Part shown: piece by piece, positions 38,500 to 53,100 of the stretch | Position numbering within the stretch: position 1 is the first letter of the stretch | Layout of the letters: each line of letters starts with the position of its first letter | From: Octopus vulgaris | Taxonomy: Eukaryota | Assembly: GCA_951406725.2 (NCBI GenBank) | Contig: OX597815.1 | Location: forward strand, 156,364,001-156,428,000 | Reading direction: 5' to 3' | DNA length: 64,000 bases | Made by a program: the position numbers and the translations under genes | Notes under the pieces: generated by a model | What the model saw: only the letters and a program-made list of their open reading frames with translations | Databases searched by the model: none | Told to the model about the DNA's origin: nothing

Positions 38500-39045
38500 T
38501 ACAGTGTGTTCGGCTGAATTTAACAGTTTGCATAAAAAGAAAATATCCCATCCAAAATAAAATTATTTCAAGAACATAAAGATATCAACTAGATTATAGT
38601 TGGAAGATGACATTTTACTCAAAGTAGTCGTCTTCAGCTTCCACACAGCCTCAAGAACGGCTCCGAAATGCGGCGCATACATTCTTTAATGTATCGCTGG
38701 GAAGATGTTCGAACATCTCTTTGGTTTTGGTCACCACTTCGGCCTTGGTGCTATAGGCAGAGCAGTTAGTGTATTTCTCAATCGCGCTCCACACAGTAAT
38801 CAATCAGATTGCAATAAGAGGAATTAAAAGGCCAGAAATTTGGACTGGTGAAGTTGTAAAAATTCTCCGTTAACAGTATCTCAATGTTTCCATATGTGTG
38901 GCAGCAGGATTCAACTCCTTGCCGAATCCTGCTGCCACATTTATGGCCTTTCAGCAGCAGCCCTCCAGCCAGGGATTGACTACAATCTCCAGCAACTTCA
39001 TATAGCCGTCTGAAATGAGCCTAAAGCCCTGCTCATCAATCATTA
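38500..39045 (-). pseudogene. Tc1/mariner transposase 3' fragment with terminal repeat
   Basis: Minus-strand frames give GFRLISDGYMKLLEIVVNPWLE, WQQDSA, FWPFNSSYCNLIDY.VWSAIEK...AFRSR...VEAEDDYFE*. These match the QQD and WPPNSPDxNPLDY motifs of DDxD transposases. Terminus TA-CAGTGTGTTCGG at 38500. Confidence 0.85.
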
Positions 39046-39914
39046 AGTGAATTCTGGTGTGCGGAATGTGGCAGAACGTTTTCGGTGTCCCTTTTTGCTG
39101 GTCACGGTTTCATAGACTCCATCGCAGATGCTTATGTCATACCTAACAGATTTTATAGTGTTCAGAGACCATTGAACACCTGTCATCGTGTCAGCATTTT
39201 GATACCAGCATAAATCATCATGATACAGGTAACACTTTTCCAATACCCTGGTAGCTTTTCTTTTCTTGTGTATGTGTTTCGCCTATGACTCTCAAATTTA
39301 TCTTTGAATTCTAAGTGTCTGGATATATCTTCTTTTGAAATTGCTAAATCTAGGAATGGCTGCAGTCTAAAAACTGAAACAAGTAAAAGATAAAAGATAT
39401 ATACGTGGTCTTCAATTTTTGACAGGTACTTAATTTTATCGAACCGGAAAGGATATAAAGCAAGAGTATTCGAGTTCAAATCCTTCGGCGGGATTTTTAA
39501 CTCTAAATGTAGCGATCCACAATAACAGTTTCTAACTTAGACACAAGGTCTGAAATGCGTTTCAATATTTCATCGATTACGTTGACCACCGGAGTTGACT
39601 GATTAGCAATTTATTTTATCTTCTCCAGACGGATGAAGTTGACCTGAGAGTGATTTGAGAACGGAACATTAAAAATCGAAAGTGTACCGCTCTAAAGATG
39701 CTGGAAACGCTCTACTTCTCACTTGTATGAATATTGAAACGAAACACTGTTGCTGTTCTAGTAATCTGTTAAACGAACTAGTTGTCAAGAATGCACAATG
39801 TATGCAAATCGCACCATGTGATTTAGGTAGGCACTCATTATGGACAATGAATTTATAAGCAGTGTATCTGTTAGAGGGTTTGAGAGAGTATTCGGCTCCA
39901 AAATAAAACTGGAA

Positions 39915-39918
<4 letters not shown>

Positions 39919-39989
<71 letters not shown>
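39919..39989. repeat. (CT)n microsatellite
   Basis: Direct reading. Confidence 0.95.
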
Positions 39990-39991
<2 letters not shown>

Positions 39992-40553
39992 GCGTGTATA
40001 AACAATGGTTGTATGTCAGTATTTCTCATAGCACATTAGGGCATTGGTCAGGATTTTTGTAGTGACAAGGAGGCAGATATATACCCATGTTTAATATAAT
40101 TTATAAGTTTTCTCACTTCCGAGTTGGTCACCGACCATGAAAAATAAAGACTATATTCAATCGTCTTATAATAAAGTGAAAATTCATAATTCTTTTACTA
40201 ATATATATGTAGTAGAAAAATAAAAGGTAAGTTCGCTTGTCATTCCTTCTCTTTTCTTTCATCTTTTAACCACCCTTGTAATGTCTCACCTGTGTAAAAT
40301 TAGCATTAAGCTTCTTCGTGATAAATAGAAGAAAAACATGGTTATGGACAATTCGATCACAACAATCTAGATATTTGGCAGCGTTTGTGAAATATTATCA
40401 TCCCACCTCCACCACTACCGCCACCGCAGCCACCGTCGCTGCCATAAACATTGTGGTATGTAGTTCAGGGCCTCATTAAACAGTACTATCCTTGCAATCA
40501 TTATCACCGAAACAATCGCAATAACACCAGCTGCAAGTGATTGTTGTTGCTGT

Positions 40554-40653
40554 CTTCTTCTTCTTCTTCTTCTTCTTCTTCTTCTTCTTCTTCTTCTTCT
40601 TCTTCTTCTTCTTCTTCTTCTTCTTCTTCTTCTTCTTCTTCTTCTTCTTCTTC
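40554..40653. repeat. (CTT)n microsatellite
   Basis: Direct reading. Confidence 0.95.
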
Positions 40654-40914
40654 CAATCAGGACTCACGCCATCAAAGAATAATCTCTAATTCGAGCCTAC
40701 TCTAAGCTACTAAGAATGCGTGTGGCAACTTGAAGATCCACCCACCACATGCGATAGAATGGCGGTTGCACGGGCGCGAAAGCTAAGTTGTTATTCTCAT
40801 TCCGTAAACGGTGGCTTTTTAACGGGTGGAGAGCTGGGGTACTGTGGATTCGCAAGTTTACCACACCATAGTGGGTTCAACCATGGTTCCTCTGCTTTGT
40901 GGCGGAAGTAGGAA

Positions 40915-41052
40915 GAAAGAGCGAGAGACAGTTGTGATGAAAGAATACAGTTCACCACTACCCTCGTGGAGCTTGGGTGTTTTTGCACAATAAACACTCA
41001 CAATGCCCAGTCTGGGAATAGAAACTGCGCTAACCACTGGGCCATTGCGTCT
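40915..41052 (-). mobile_element. SINE family D, internally deleted copy
   Basis: CTCGTGGAGCTT..GGTGTTTT.GC.CAATAAACAC.CACAA.GCCC.GTCTGGGAAT.GAAAC...CTAACCACTGGGCC matches 3775-3882. Confidence 0.8.
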
Positions 41053-43334
41053 CCACTGTTGCTGTTGTTGTTTATGCTGTTTAGCTTCGGGTCAGCACTG
41101 ACTGTGATAGACACATAATCAAACATATTTCAGCCGTGAACATGTTTGTACACAATTACTATGTTGCCCAAAAAGTACTTTTATTTTTCTTGCTTCCACT
41201 TTTAAGTCTTTAAGGTGTATTGGGGGGGGGGGGGAGAGGGAGAGAGGATGGAAGGAGAGAGAGGGAAAGAAACAGATTTAACTGCTAGTTCTAGAAGATT
41301 AAACGGCCACTTTGAGTTATCCTTGTTGGACTCGCTCTCTTGTCATGGCTTGAATTTCCAGAAATAGCAACCGAATTGCTCTCAGGTCATACTCTACCAA
41401 TTAAGCTATCAAAAGTAATATAGTGGCTAACGTAGTCCTCTACAGACTATACCGCATACACATGGGATGAAAAGGGCTGGAATGCCATGTATTATGGGCT
41501 TGCTCATTCAGGGTTGGCCTGAATCTCAGATCAGTTCAGTGACTCTCACACCTCAACAGCAGCAATAACAGCATCAACAAAAGCCACAGCACAGTACTGC
41601 GATTAAATAAAATAATAGTAAAAACCATGTTTATTATCTCATTCTACCTTCTTAAATAGACACATTACATAACATATTCCTTAGACGTAACGTGTCTGAA
41701 AAAAAAGTAAAGGTGTTTATGGTAGGAAGGCATTGTATCGTAGGTATGTTTGAAAAACATGATTATAAGCAGTGTCACCATCACAGTTACCGATACCCCT
41801 ATGCTATCTCACCTGGCACCTCTATCAACACCATCATCCACAACTCCACCGCCATCAACACTCACAATCAAGGATGGAACCACAACATGGTTGTGCGAGC
41901 TGTTAGAAGTTGCGCAGAAATCGCCCTCAAATCATGTGTTGGGTTGTCAGATAAATTAATTCGTTTTTTTTTTCTACTTGGCACCCATCGTCAAATATCT
42001 AAACAGAGGTAAAATTTCTCCAAATTTCATAAACGATAAATAGAATTTGTAGAGGAAAAATAAAGCTACAAAATCCTAGAACACACTTCGATTAAAATGT
42101 TTTTCATGTCAATCCAAAAACCATCGGAAATAAACTAAAAACATGAAAAACCCGAACGAATTTATCTGACAACATAATGCTTCGATTTTAAATGGAAGGA
42201 CACATTGCACTATATGGTGCTGAATGGATTACGTCTGAATAAAGGATGAGGTAGTGGCACGCCTTTGATTATGATAGGCCTGCTCAATCAGGTCCCACCT
42301 GTGGCTAAACAACAGCAACTTCAACAAAATTGATAAAGCCCCCGCTGCTACTGTGTCCATTACATTATCAACTTCAATACAACTACTACCTATACGATGT
42401 CAAGAACGCAATCACCATCACCTCCACTATTCACGCCACCATATCTCCTGCAATTTCCTCGATCAGCACTACCACCACAACAATCGTTACCAGTACCATC
42501 AGCTGTACCACCACCACTACCGCTACATGACGACCACCACACCACATTCACCACCAGCAGCACCACCACCACCATCGATCGCCATCACCACCACCGTCAC
42601 CACCACGACTACCAACATCATCACCACCACCACCACTACCACCGCAACCACAGTCGATAGCGCCACATCACTGTTACTATCACTATACCTCAATGCTAAT
42701 CAAATTGTCATACCAGCATTACCAAAACCGTCAGCACCACTTCAATTCCCACCCTCATAGCGAATGACACCGACACAAGAAAGAAAACATCACCAACAGC
42801 ACCGCAATAAACGCCAATAGCACTGCCATAGCAACACTATCATCTCTCCACCCAACATCACCGACAATTCCACCGCCATTACCATCTCTACAATCGGCTC
42901 TACTGACAAAAATCAATAGGGGGAAGAAAAAAAAGAATAACAAACCTTATATAAAAATAATAATGTTTATAATCTGCGTTTATGTATCTATTTATATTTT
43001 AAAGGAATTATTTTGGTTCGTTTTAGATGAAAAATTTGGCATCGGTTAACTATAAGGAAATGCAAAACGACAATGATTTTGAGTGTGTTTGTGTTCGTGT
43101 ATGGCGGGGTATATGTGTGTATGCGTGTGTAAAATGTCCTTGTGTGTCTGTGCTTGTACGTGTGTGAGTACACACACGTACAAAGACACACACACACACA
43201 TTTATATAAATTGAAAGTTCTATATATAGGATATCTTATATACACGTGTGTGAACGTTTGTGCGTTTAATCAATAGATAAGTACGCGTTTTTGAGTGAAA
43301 TATATTTTAGATCATATATGTGTGTGTGTGTATT

Positions 43335-43369
<35 letters not shown>

Positions 43370-44487
43370 TATATTAAATAATATCTATAGATATTATGTA
43401 ACTCAGTCAAGCTCACATATATTATACGCATAATATATAGATACTTAATACATGCATATGTATTAAGCATCTATTTATATTTTAAATAATAGATATATCG
43501 TATTATTATATATCTACTATATATGTCACGTTTTATATATTTGTAATATATAATACACTCATACATATTTATAATATATACGTACCTGTATGTGTGTGAG
43601 TGTGTGTGTGAGTGTGAGTATGTGTGTGAGAGAGAGAGTGTTTCTGTGTGCGTACGTGCGTATTCTACACTGGTTGAAGTGAGCACGAGGAGAAGCATTA
43701 AGATGGTCCGGAAGATTGTCCTACGTGACATATATGCCTGCCAATGTATGTATATTCGGTAGTCATACTTTCCATATATTTATTTCACACATATATTATT
43801 CGTTGCCCCCACCCCAAATTTCCAATTAGTTGAACATTACGCACAATGAATAGATGCCTCGATTACATTTTGAAGAGTATATGTATCTAGTTGACCACAT
43901 GAAACATATGTAGGTATTTTTAAATTGTATACTCCAGTATTTGTTCCACCAGAGCATTCTGATAGTTTTTCAGTTCCATATAAAACGCCCTCGCGTTCAT
44001 CTCAGAGTATGTTTATTATTGCGGGGAATTTCTTTCATTCAAAACCGTCTACAGAGGAAAGTAGTCATCGAAACATCTAAATGTCATGGAAGGTTTCCAT
44101 AAAATATATTTAGAGATATATTTTTGGTATGGGTGTAGTCGAAATTCGTTTTGTATATTAATTTACATAGATTTTGGTCATAAAAACTAGCTCATTTCTA
44201 AGAAGTTGTCCAGCTCTCTGGATGAATAAAAGCCTTGATTGATAAAATAAAGATGCATCAGCTAAAAAACATGAGGGTCAAGTTACCAAGCGCGTGCATA
44301 CACGCAAAGCACATCGGGCTTGTGTGTAGTGACAGAATACACATGAACCTCACGCAATACACGTTGATTCGACCATGTCCAGATGAAGTCGGTTACGAGA
44401 CCCACAGAAAATTTTATCTGTTATCAAAATTATTTGCTCTGATTCAGAGTGACCATAATTAGCCGCTTCCACTTTACACACACGCAT

Positions 44488-44536
<49 letters not shown>

Positions 44537-44548
44537 CATACACACACA

Positions 44549-44599
<51 letters not shown>

Positions 44600-45594
44600 G
44601 CACACATGCAAATGTATGCATGTATATATGTATCTAATAATCTATTTGTATACTGGATTTACTCATTGGATTGCGACCTGGCTTTGGAACCAACTCCAAG
44701 TGATTGATACGACCATATCGATAAAATAAAATATTTCAACCTGATAATTATTTTATCGATCTTTATCGAAATAAAATAAAATCTGAAGATGTTTAATTCG
44801 ACACACCGGTTTACCTTTCTGTGATGGATCCACAAAACTAGTTATCCGATAAATCAAAGTGCATGTGGTTGAGTACTCCAGAGACACGTGTACACTTAAT
44901 ATAATACCAAAGCCGAAACAAATTCACACCGCAGGGTTGTAACAACTTGGGACTCAGAAAAAAGCAAAAAATGAACACGTCACAAACTCAGGATGTCAAA
45001 CACTGAGATCGAACTAAGGAACTGGGGATTGCGAAGCAAGCTCTCAACCCACACGTGCATGCACATAGATTTACATTCAGTATACACATGTTGCTTAGAG
45101 ACGTTTATCAAACACAGAGTATATCATTTAGTATATTTCACTCTTGTTATATCTAATGAATATTCTGATTTGATCAATGTAATCTCCAGTCGCATCCACA
45201 CACGCAAGTATATACACACACGTACACACACACACGTACAGACACACAGACACATACACACACATGCGCGTACATACAGACAGACACACATACACATACA
45301 CGGACAGACACGCACACACACACACATACATAAACATGTACACACATGCGCATGTGAAAGCGAAGGGACGGAAATTGACAGAGATAGGGGATAGGGGTTC
45401 ATATATATACATACATATACATACATACATACAGATATATATACACACATATATATACATATTACACGCACACACACACACATACATACATATATACATA
45501 CATACATATATACATACATACATACATACGTAAACTTTCCCTATATATATATATATATCGCGAGAGAGAAAGAGGGACAAACAGACAGAGAATG

Positions 45595-45658
<64 letters not shown>

Positions 45659-46589
45659 GGAAGGATGGGTGGATGGAAAGATAGATGGATGTATGGATGT
45701 ATGGATGGATGGATGGATGGATGGATGGATGGATGGTATAATAATAATGATGTCGCATGACACATTACAGCATCTATGAGGTCAGGTTCGTATATATCGG
45801 AGGAAAAAGCTTCGTTTAATGTTTTCCAATAACGATCGGAGCTGCTGATTCTAATGTTTATGAAGGGATGAAAAACAAAGCGTGACATCATGTAGCCACT
45901 GTTGCTCTGTATATATAAATACACTACCTCTTCATATAGGATTTCTACCACACACTACACTTTTGGATTGAGAAATTACATCACAAAGTCAAGCCAACTA
46001 GGAAACCGTTACGTGGTCACTTGGCATGTTAAAAATGCTAGTCAAAACATTTTCAAATTATAAGCTATGGATTCAGAAGAATTGATCATGAAATTATGAA
46101 TTCCTAATTGATAACGTTGTCTGGGTAACACAAATAGGATGACTATGGTTGCGATATATATTTGTTGAAGTCCTGTTCGTTCAAGGCTAAACTAGGGTGA
46201 AACGATAACGACTAGCAAAAAGACACTCACTCGTACACAACACATGTAAGCACATACAAACATACACACAAGTGTCCATACATCTATCCATCTCTTCATC
46301 CATTCATACATACATACGTGCATACATGCATACATATATTTACAGACTCGCGCGCATGCACACGCGTGGACACAAGCCATCAGGGCAGCCATTAAACTAG
46401 AAATAGCGGCTGAATGAAACTACAAAATTACTATACAGATAGATGGTTACATATGTAGATAGATATATTTATTAGTAGTGTGTGTGTAGTGTGTGTGTGT
46501 GTGTATGTATGTATATGTATAGATATATGTTGTGTGATTATCTGAAGCATACATACGTGCATACAGGAAAGATAGGCAGACAAACAGAT

Positions 46590-46593
46590 AGAC

Positions 46594-46671
<78 letters not shown>

Positions 46672-46692
46672 GTAGGTAGGTAGGTAGGTAGG

Positions 46693-46779
<87 letters not shown>

Positions 46780-46801
46780 ACAGACCGGTAGATAGATAGA
46801 T

Positions 46802-46866
<65 letters not shown>

Positions 46867-46867
46867 C

Positions 46868-46903
<36 letters not shown>
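46590..46903. repeat. (TAGA)n/(TAGG)n/(GA)n microsatellite
   Basis: Direct reading. Confidence 0.95.
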
Positions 46904-46906
<3 letters not shown>

Positions 46907-47315
46907 TGTTGGTTGATTGATTTATTGAATTATTAAATCAATGAATTATTATTGATTTATTGATTGACTGGTTGATCGAATCAGAGAATATTTAAGTAGG
47001 AGAGGGAATAGATGGATGGTTAAGTAATATTTACTCACTTAACGAAAGGGACTGCTGTGGCGTCTTTGGTGGAGGTAGTGTTGGTGGTCGCACGATATGG
47101 ATGTTGGCAGTGGTTCTAATCACGGGAGTGGTAAGTGCGAATACGATGATCATGATGATGATCACCATGATCTTGATCCAGATCATCACCATCATCATGT
47201 GGATGATGGTGATGATGTGATTATGATAACGTTGTGATGTGGGTAGAGACTACAGAGGCAATGACACTGCCTGTTGTGATGGTCATGGTTATGATGAATA
47301 CTTTATTTTTATTTT

Positions 47316-47683
<368 letters not shown>

Positions 47684-47979
47684 TGTCTGTCAACGTCATA
47701 ATTATCATCTAATAACAATTCTTACCGTTATCCACATTGTTACCATCACCTCCTTTAACATCTATTATAGATTCATCTCCTACACAGACACACACACACA
47801 CGTAAATAAATGGATCTCCGTCAGTTTCGACAATGCACATTATTATTTTTGGATCAACTGAACAACATAACAGAGCATAACTGGCCGAGTATTCCACAAA
47901 CACAGCGTGACACAGTGTGACAAAGTGTCAAGGCGTGGTATAGTCCATCCGACGGGCTGCCACATTTCGGTGTATTCAA

Positions 47980-48025
<46 letters not shown>

Positions 48026-48440
48026 ACGCACGCACGCACACACATTCACATGCATTATTCAAACTTGATTTAACCAGAGCGCAAGATAAAAGTGACTTGT
48101 GTCATGAAATGGGATCGAAACCGGGATCTTGATATTACAATATGAACATTTTAGCTAGTCAGTCATGACTGAAATTACATGCACAAGTCTTGCTGCTTCA
48201 GAATTTCGTTTCGCAATCCATTGCGTAGGGTCTTAGGAGCTGTCGTAAGCCGTGTGATTAAGTACCTCGCGTTGCAACATGGTTTCGGGTTCAGCCCCAC
48301 TTCAAGGCACCTTAGACAAGTGGCTTCTTAGACAAGACTGACCAAGACTGACCAATGCCCTATGAAAGAATTTGATAGCCGAAGAATGTGTGGAAGCTGT
48401 ACATACATACCTACCTACATACATATATATATATATACAC

Positions 48441-48849
48441 TCTTTTACTCTTTTACTTGTTTCAGTCATTTGACTGCGGCCATGCTGGAGCACCGCCTTT
48501 AGTCGATCAAATCGAACCCGGGACTTATTCTTTGTAAGCCCAGTACTTATTCTATCGGGCTCTTTTGCCGAATCGCTATGTGACAGGGACGTAAACACAC
48601 CAGCATCGGTTGCCAAGCAATGCTAGGAGGACAAACACAGATACAACCCCCCCACACACACACACATATATACATATACATATATACGACAGGTTTCTTT
48701 CAGTTTCCGTCTACCAAATCCACTTACAAGGCCTTGGTTGGCCCGGGGCTATAGCAGAAGACAGTTGCCCAAGATGCCACGCAGTGGGACTGAACCCGGA
48801 ACCATGTGGTTGGTTAGCAAGCTTCTTACCACAAAGCCACTCCTGCGCC
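48441..48849 (-). mobile_element. SINE family B, full length, nested in an older plus-strand copy (about 48250-49130)
   Basis: Reverse complement of 33353-33763. A diverged head (CATGGTTTCGGGTTCAGCCCCAC...GGCACCTTAGACAAG) lies upstream and a diverged tail (GCGGTTCGACAAAAGAGACCGATAG...GCATGGCCGCAG) downstream. Confidence 0.9.
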
Positions 48850-49641
48850 CATATTATACATATTATATATATATATGTATATAATATGTGTGCGTGTGTA
48901 TCTATGTATATATTTGTGTGCGTGAGTGTATCTTTGTTTATGTGTTTCACAACATACCGCATGGTTAACTTACATCACTGGAACATAGCGGTTCGACAAA
49001 AGAGACCGATAGAGTAAGTACCAGACTTACAATAATAAATATTGAGACGATCTGTCCGACAAAATCCTTGAAGGTAGTGCTCAAGCATGGCCGCAGTTTA
49101 TGCCGATAATTAAAAAGAAAAGCGATAGAATGATAAAAAAAAATATCATGTAAAAACGAAAGAAAAAATTGTAATAGGTAGACACAAACAGCGGAAGGCC
49201 TTCCGAGGGAGGCACTGTATTTATAATACTTGGAGCCAATCTAAGTATAAATTGCAGCACACTGATTTCGCTTCCCTTTGTTAATTCAACGAGTAGGGTT
49301 TTACTTCAGTGAATCGAACAACTTAAGAACACATATGCATATGTATATATATGGACACAACAGTTGACAAACATGCACACGGGTACCACGTATACGTGCG
49401 CACACGCACATATACGTACACAGAGGATATATTACAGATACTTGTACATACACAGACATGATTAAGCATACACGCATCTATAAAACCAGACGTCAGTTTG
49501 ATCATAGATATTCTATGTGTAAGGAACTAAAGAATAGCATATTTACACATAAAATTATTAAATATACGTACATATTATATGTGTGAGGGGAGAGAGAGAG
49601 AGAGAGGAGACAAAAAAAGAAGTCAATAGATAGATAGATAA

Positions 49642-49711
<70 letters not shown>

Positions 49712-50343
49712 GATATTACTTATATGAAACGCACGTATATCTATGACTGTGTGCGTATGCGTGGAATTAATGTTTGTCTCTCTTAAATCCTTAAAAATAA
49801 GTTCTTTCTGTGCTTTGTAAGTACATGCATACCTATAAATATACATATAAATATACATATAAGTGCCCGTTAATTTGCTTCATTTTGTTCTCATAGAACA
49901 CGCATACACAGACAGACAGACAGACACACACACACGCACGCACACACACACTCACACACATACACACATGCATAAAGACACATGTAGTAGACAACACAGA
50001 CGCAAACACGCACACAGATATATACACACGCACGCACGCACGAGCGGTTTTAAGTTAAACATGCACGGTTTATATAATAATAATGCACATTGTTATAAAA
50101 GCATGAACACAGGATTTACCAGAAATAGCAACGAATTCACACTCAAACCACAGTCAACCGTCTTAAAAGGGCAGAATCACACTGGGTATTGTCGTCCTAG
50201 ATACAGTGGGCCTGGATAAACACCGTATGGCTTCTCCTAGAGACCTTATATTAGAGCTGATCTTGATATATTGTACGGTAACACACACACACACATTTGC
50301 ATGTATACATGTAGATATGTATGTTTATATATATATATATGTG

Positions 50344-50392
<49 letters not shown>

Positions 50393-50395
<3 letters not shown>

Positions 50396-50717
50396 GCATG
50401 GCTCAGTGGTTAGAGCGTCGAGGTTGTGAGCTCGAATCCCGGACCGGGCTGCGTGTTGTGTTCTTGAGCAAAGCACTTTATTTCACGTTGCTCCAGTTCA
50501 CTCAGCTGTAGAAATGAGTTGCGACGTTACTGGTGCCAAGCTGTATCGACCTTTGTCTTTCCCTTGAATAACACTGGTGGCGTGGAGAGGGGAGGCTGGT
50601 ATGCATGGGCGACTGCTGGTCTTCCATAAACAACCTTGCCCGGACTTGTGTCTAGGAGGGTAACTTTCTAGGTGCAATCCCATGGTCATTCATGACCGAA
50701 GGGGGTCTTTACCCTTT
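50393..50717 (+). mobile_element. tRNA-derived SINE family C, near full length, inserted in (TA)n
   Basis: A box TGGCTCAGTGG, B box GCTCGAATCC, CORE-like GTTCTTGAGCAAAGCACTT...CACTCAGCTGTA. Confidence 0.88.
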
Positions 50718-51823
50718 ATATATATGTATGTATGTATATATGTGTGTATGCATGTATGTATATATACACACACTGCCATCGATGCATATAAAGTTAAAGT
50801 AACATACACTATTTTTTTTTTGACATGCAAACAAGCTTGCGTGAAAACAGTGCTTTGCGGCTTGATCTGCGTGAAAAACCAGCTAATTCGTCTACAACCA
50901 GCCCCCTTACCTTACTGCTATAGACAGAAAATAATGCATTGTATAATAATGCCCTAAATATACACGGCCTGTTTAAAAGATGGTCGTGGCTGAAATACTT
51001 CTCGTCATACAGATCGGTTTCCGTCAACCTTCCACACTACGGAGACAGTCTGTGGAGAAGGTAAAGAGTATAGTGATTAGCCCTTTCTTTCTGAAATGGC
51101 TCCTTCCTTGACTACCGATTTGGTATGCAAGAACTAGTGTATTTTGAATGGATATTGCATATTGTAATCGTATGATATCTTCTTGTTAATTTTGTTCATC
51201 CAGGTCTTGTATAGGCTTTGTTTTCCGTTTGTGTTGAATATTTGTGACAAGAGCTAATTTCCTACAAGCTGTGTTCTTTGCGACTGTTTCTCTTTCCTAT
51301 CACGCTTGCACACCTATCACTGCATGGCAGATGCAAGTTACTTTGCATTTCGACTCAGATGCCAGCAGGTATATTGAAATACGATCATCATCCATGCGAC
51401 AGAGATGTCCACGCAATTGAAGTAGTTGTTAATGCAGGAAAAGTAACTATAGAGGAAATGACGCCATTATAGGTACGTCATTGTTGCAGATCCAGTTCTG
51501 ATTTAACAGTTCATCGCAAGGACATCGCACAGGTCGCTCATACGAAACACGCGAAGCTTCACTTCATCTGGAAAATATGCTGTCCGCAACTCATTGTCAC
51601 GTAGACGTGTGCTAGTGCTCAGTAATAAATACCTTGTATAATTCAACCTTGATCGTAGGTCAGCACTCTCAACATATAATCATTAAGACATATAATGCAT
51701 ATAATGTATTAATAATCGCACATGCAGTCATATATAAACACCAAGTGTTGATACATGTCATGTATGACAGTATATCAACGACGAAGCATTCCTCCTGTCA
51801 TGCCAGCGTATATATGACTAAAA

Positions 51824-52056
51824 GAGGCGGCGAGCTGGCAGAAACGTTACCGCTCCGGGCGAAATGCTTAGCGGTATTTCGTCTGTCTTTACGTTCTGAG
51901 TTCAAATTCCGCCGAGGTCGACTTTGCCTTTCATCCGCTCGGAGTTGATAAATAAAGTACCAGTTTCGCACTGGGTCGATGTAATCGACTTAATCCCTTT
52001 GTCTGTCCTTGTTGTCCCCTCTATGTTTAGCCCCTTGTGGGTAGTAAAGAAATATA
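51824..52056 (+). mobile_element. SINE family A, full-length monomer with 15-bp target-site duplication
   Basis: TATATATGACTAAAA at 51809-51823 and again at 52057-52071. Confidence 0.93.
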
Positions 52057-52438
52057 TATATATGACTAAAATCTATCTATATGAACACAAGAGCTGTTAC
52101 ACTCTTTCTTTTATATATTTATCTATTTATTTATTTATTTACTTATTAGATTTTCACAGTGCTGTCAACTATGTGTCAAAGGTCTACGACACAGTGATGC
52201 GAATTCATCGGTGATACTGTCTCGCAAGAGTTGCCGTTGAGTTATCATATAACCAACCAAGACAGCAGAAGTATGATGAGACATCTTGCCTTTAATTATA
52301 GAAAATACTGAAAAATAAGACAAATATAAATGAAAACAAGAAATGCGTGTTCTGAAACTGTTATAATGTCGCGTGAACGATGTACGTTTACACATACATA
52401 CATACATACATACATACATACATACATACATACATACA

Positions 52439-52470
<32 letters not shown>

Positions 52471-52502
52471 GTAGAATTGACACGAAGCGCAGCCTCTCAT
52501 AG

Positions 52503-53100
52503 ACAGAAGACCACTACATCACATCACATTTTGAAGGCGATGTGTTTGCAATCCAGGAACAGCAGATTGCCACAAAATACCTGGTGAAGAAGAGAGACAG
52601 TGACGCTCTTCTAATCCCATACAACTGCATGTGCAGGCTGTCATGTTTCTGTGGAAGACGATACGCAAGTGATTAGCAGCTGTCCTAAAATGTCGTCACA
52701 GTACTACCTCTCAACGCGACACGATGTTGCTAAAACAATTTACAATGCCATCCCGCAAAAAAGACTGTCCTGAAATAAACTTAGAAAATCCCTCTGCTAT
52801 GGAATACATTCATAAACACCAACTCAAGGAATACTGGTGGAATATTCCCATCAAAATCTCTGTCAAATGTAAACATAACAGGCCAGATATTGTTGCTTGG
52901 GACAGGGGCAAAGGCATGTACCGTCATACAGGTCAGCTGCCCTGCAGATAAAAGAATCTCTTTGAAAATCGAAGAAAAAGAGGATACTTAGAGACAATCG
53001 CTTCGAAACCCACATCTTCTATATCCAGACTATGAATTCATATACATACCAATAATAATTGGAGCACTAGGTTTTGTTAGTAAATGCTTAAAGAATAATC
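52503..53100 (+). pseudogene. R4/Dong-type (restriction-like endonuclease) non-LTR retrotransposon C-terminal fragment
   Basis: Across frameshifts: EGDVFAIQEQQIATKY...CRL.HVSVED..VISSC (CCHC knuckle relic), RHD, WWNIPI...HNRPDIV.WD, VSCPAD...EEKED, IPIIIGALG. Confidence 0.85.
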
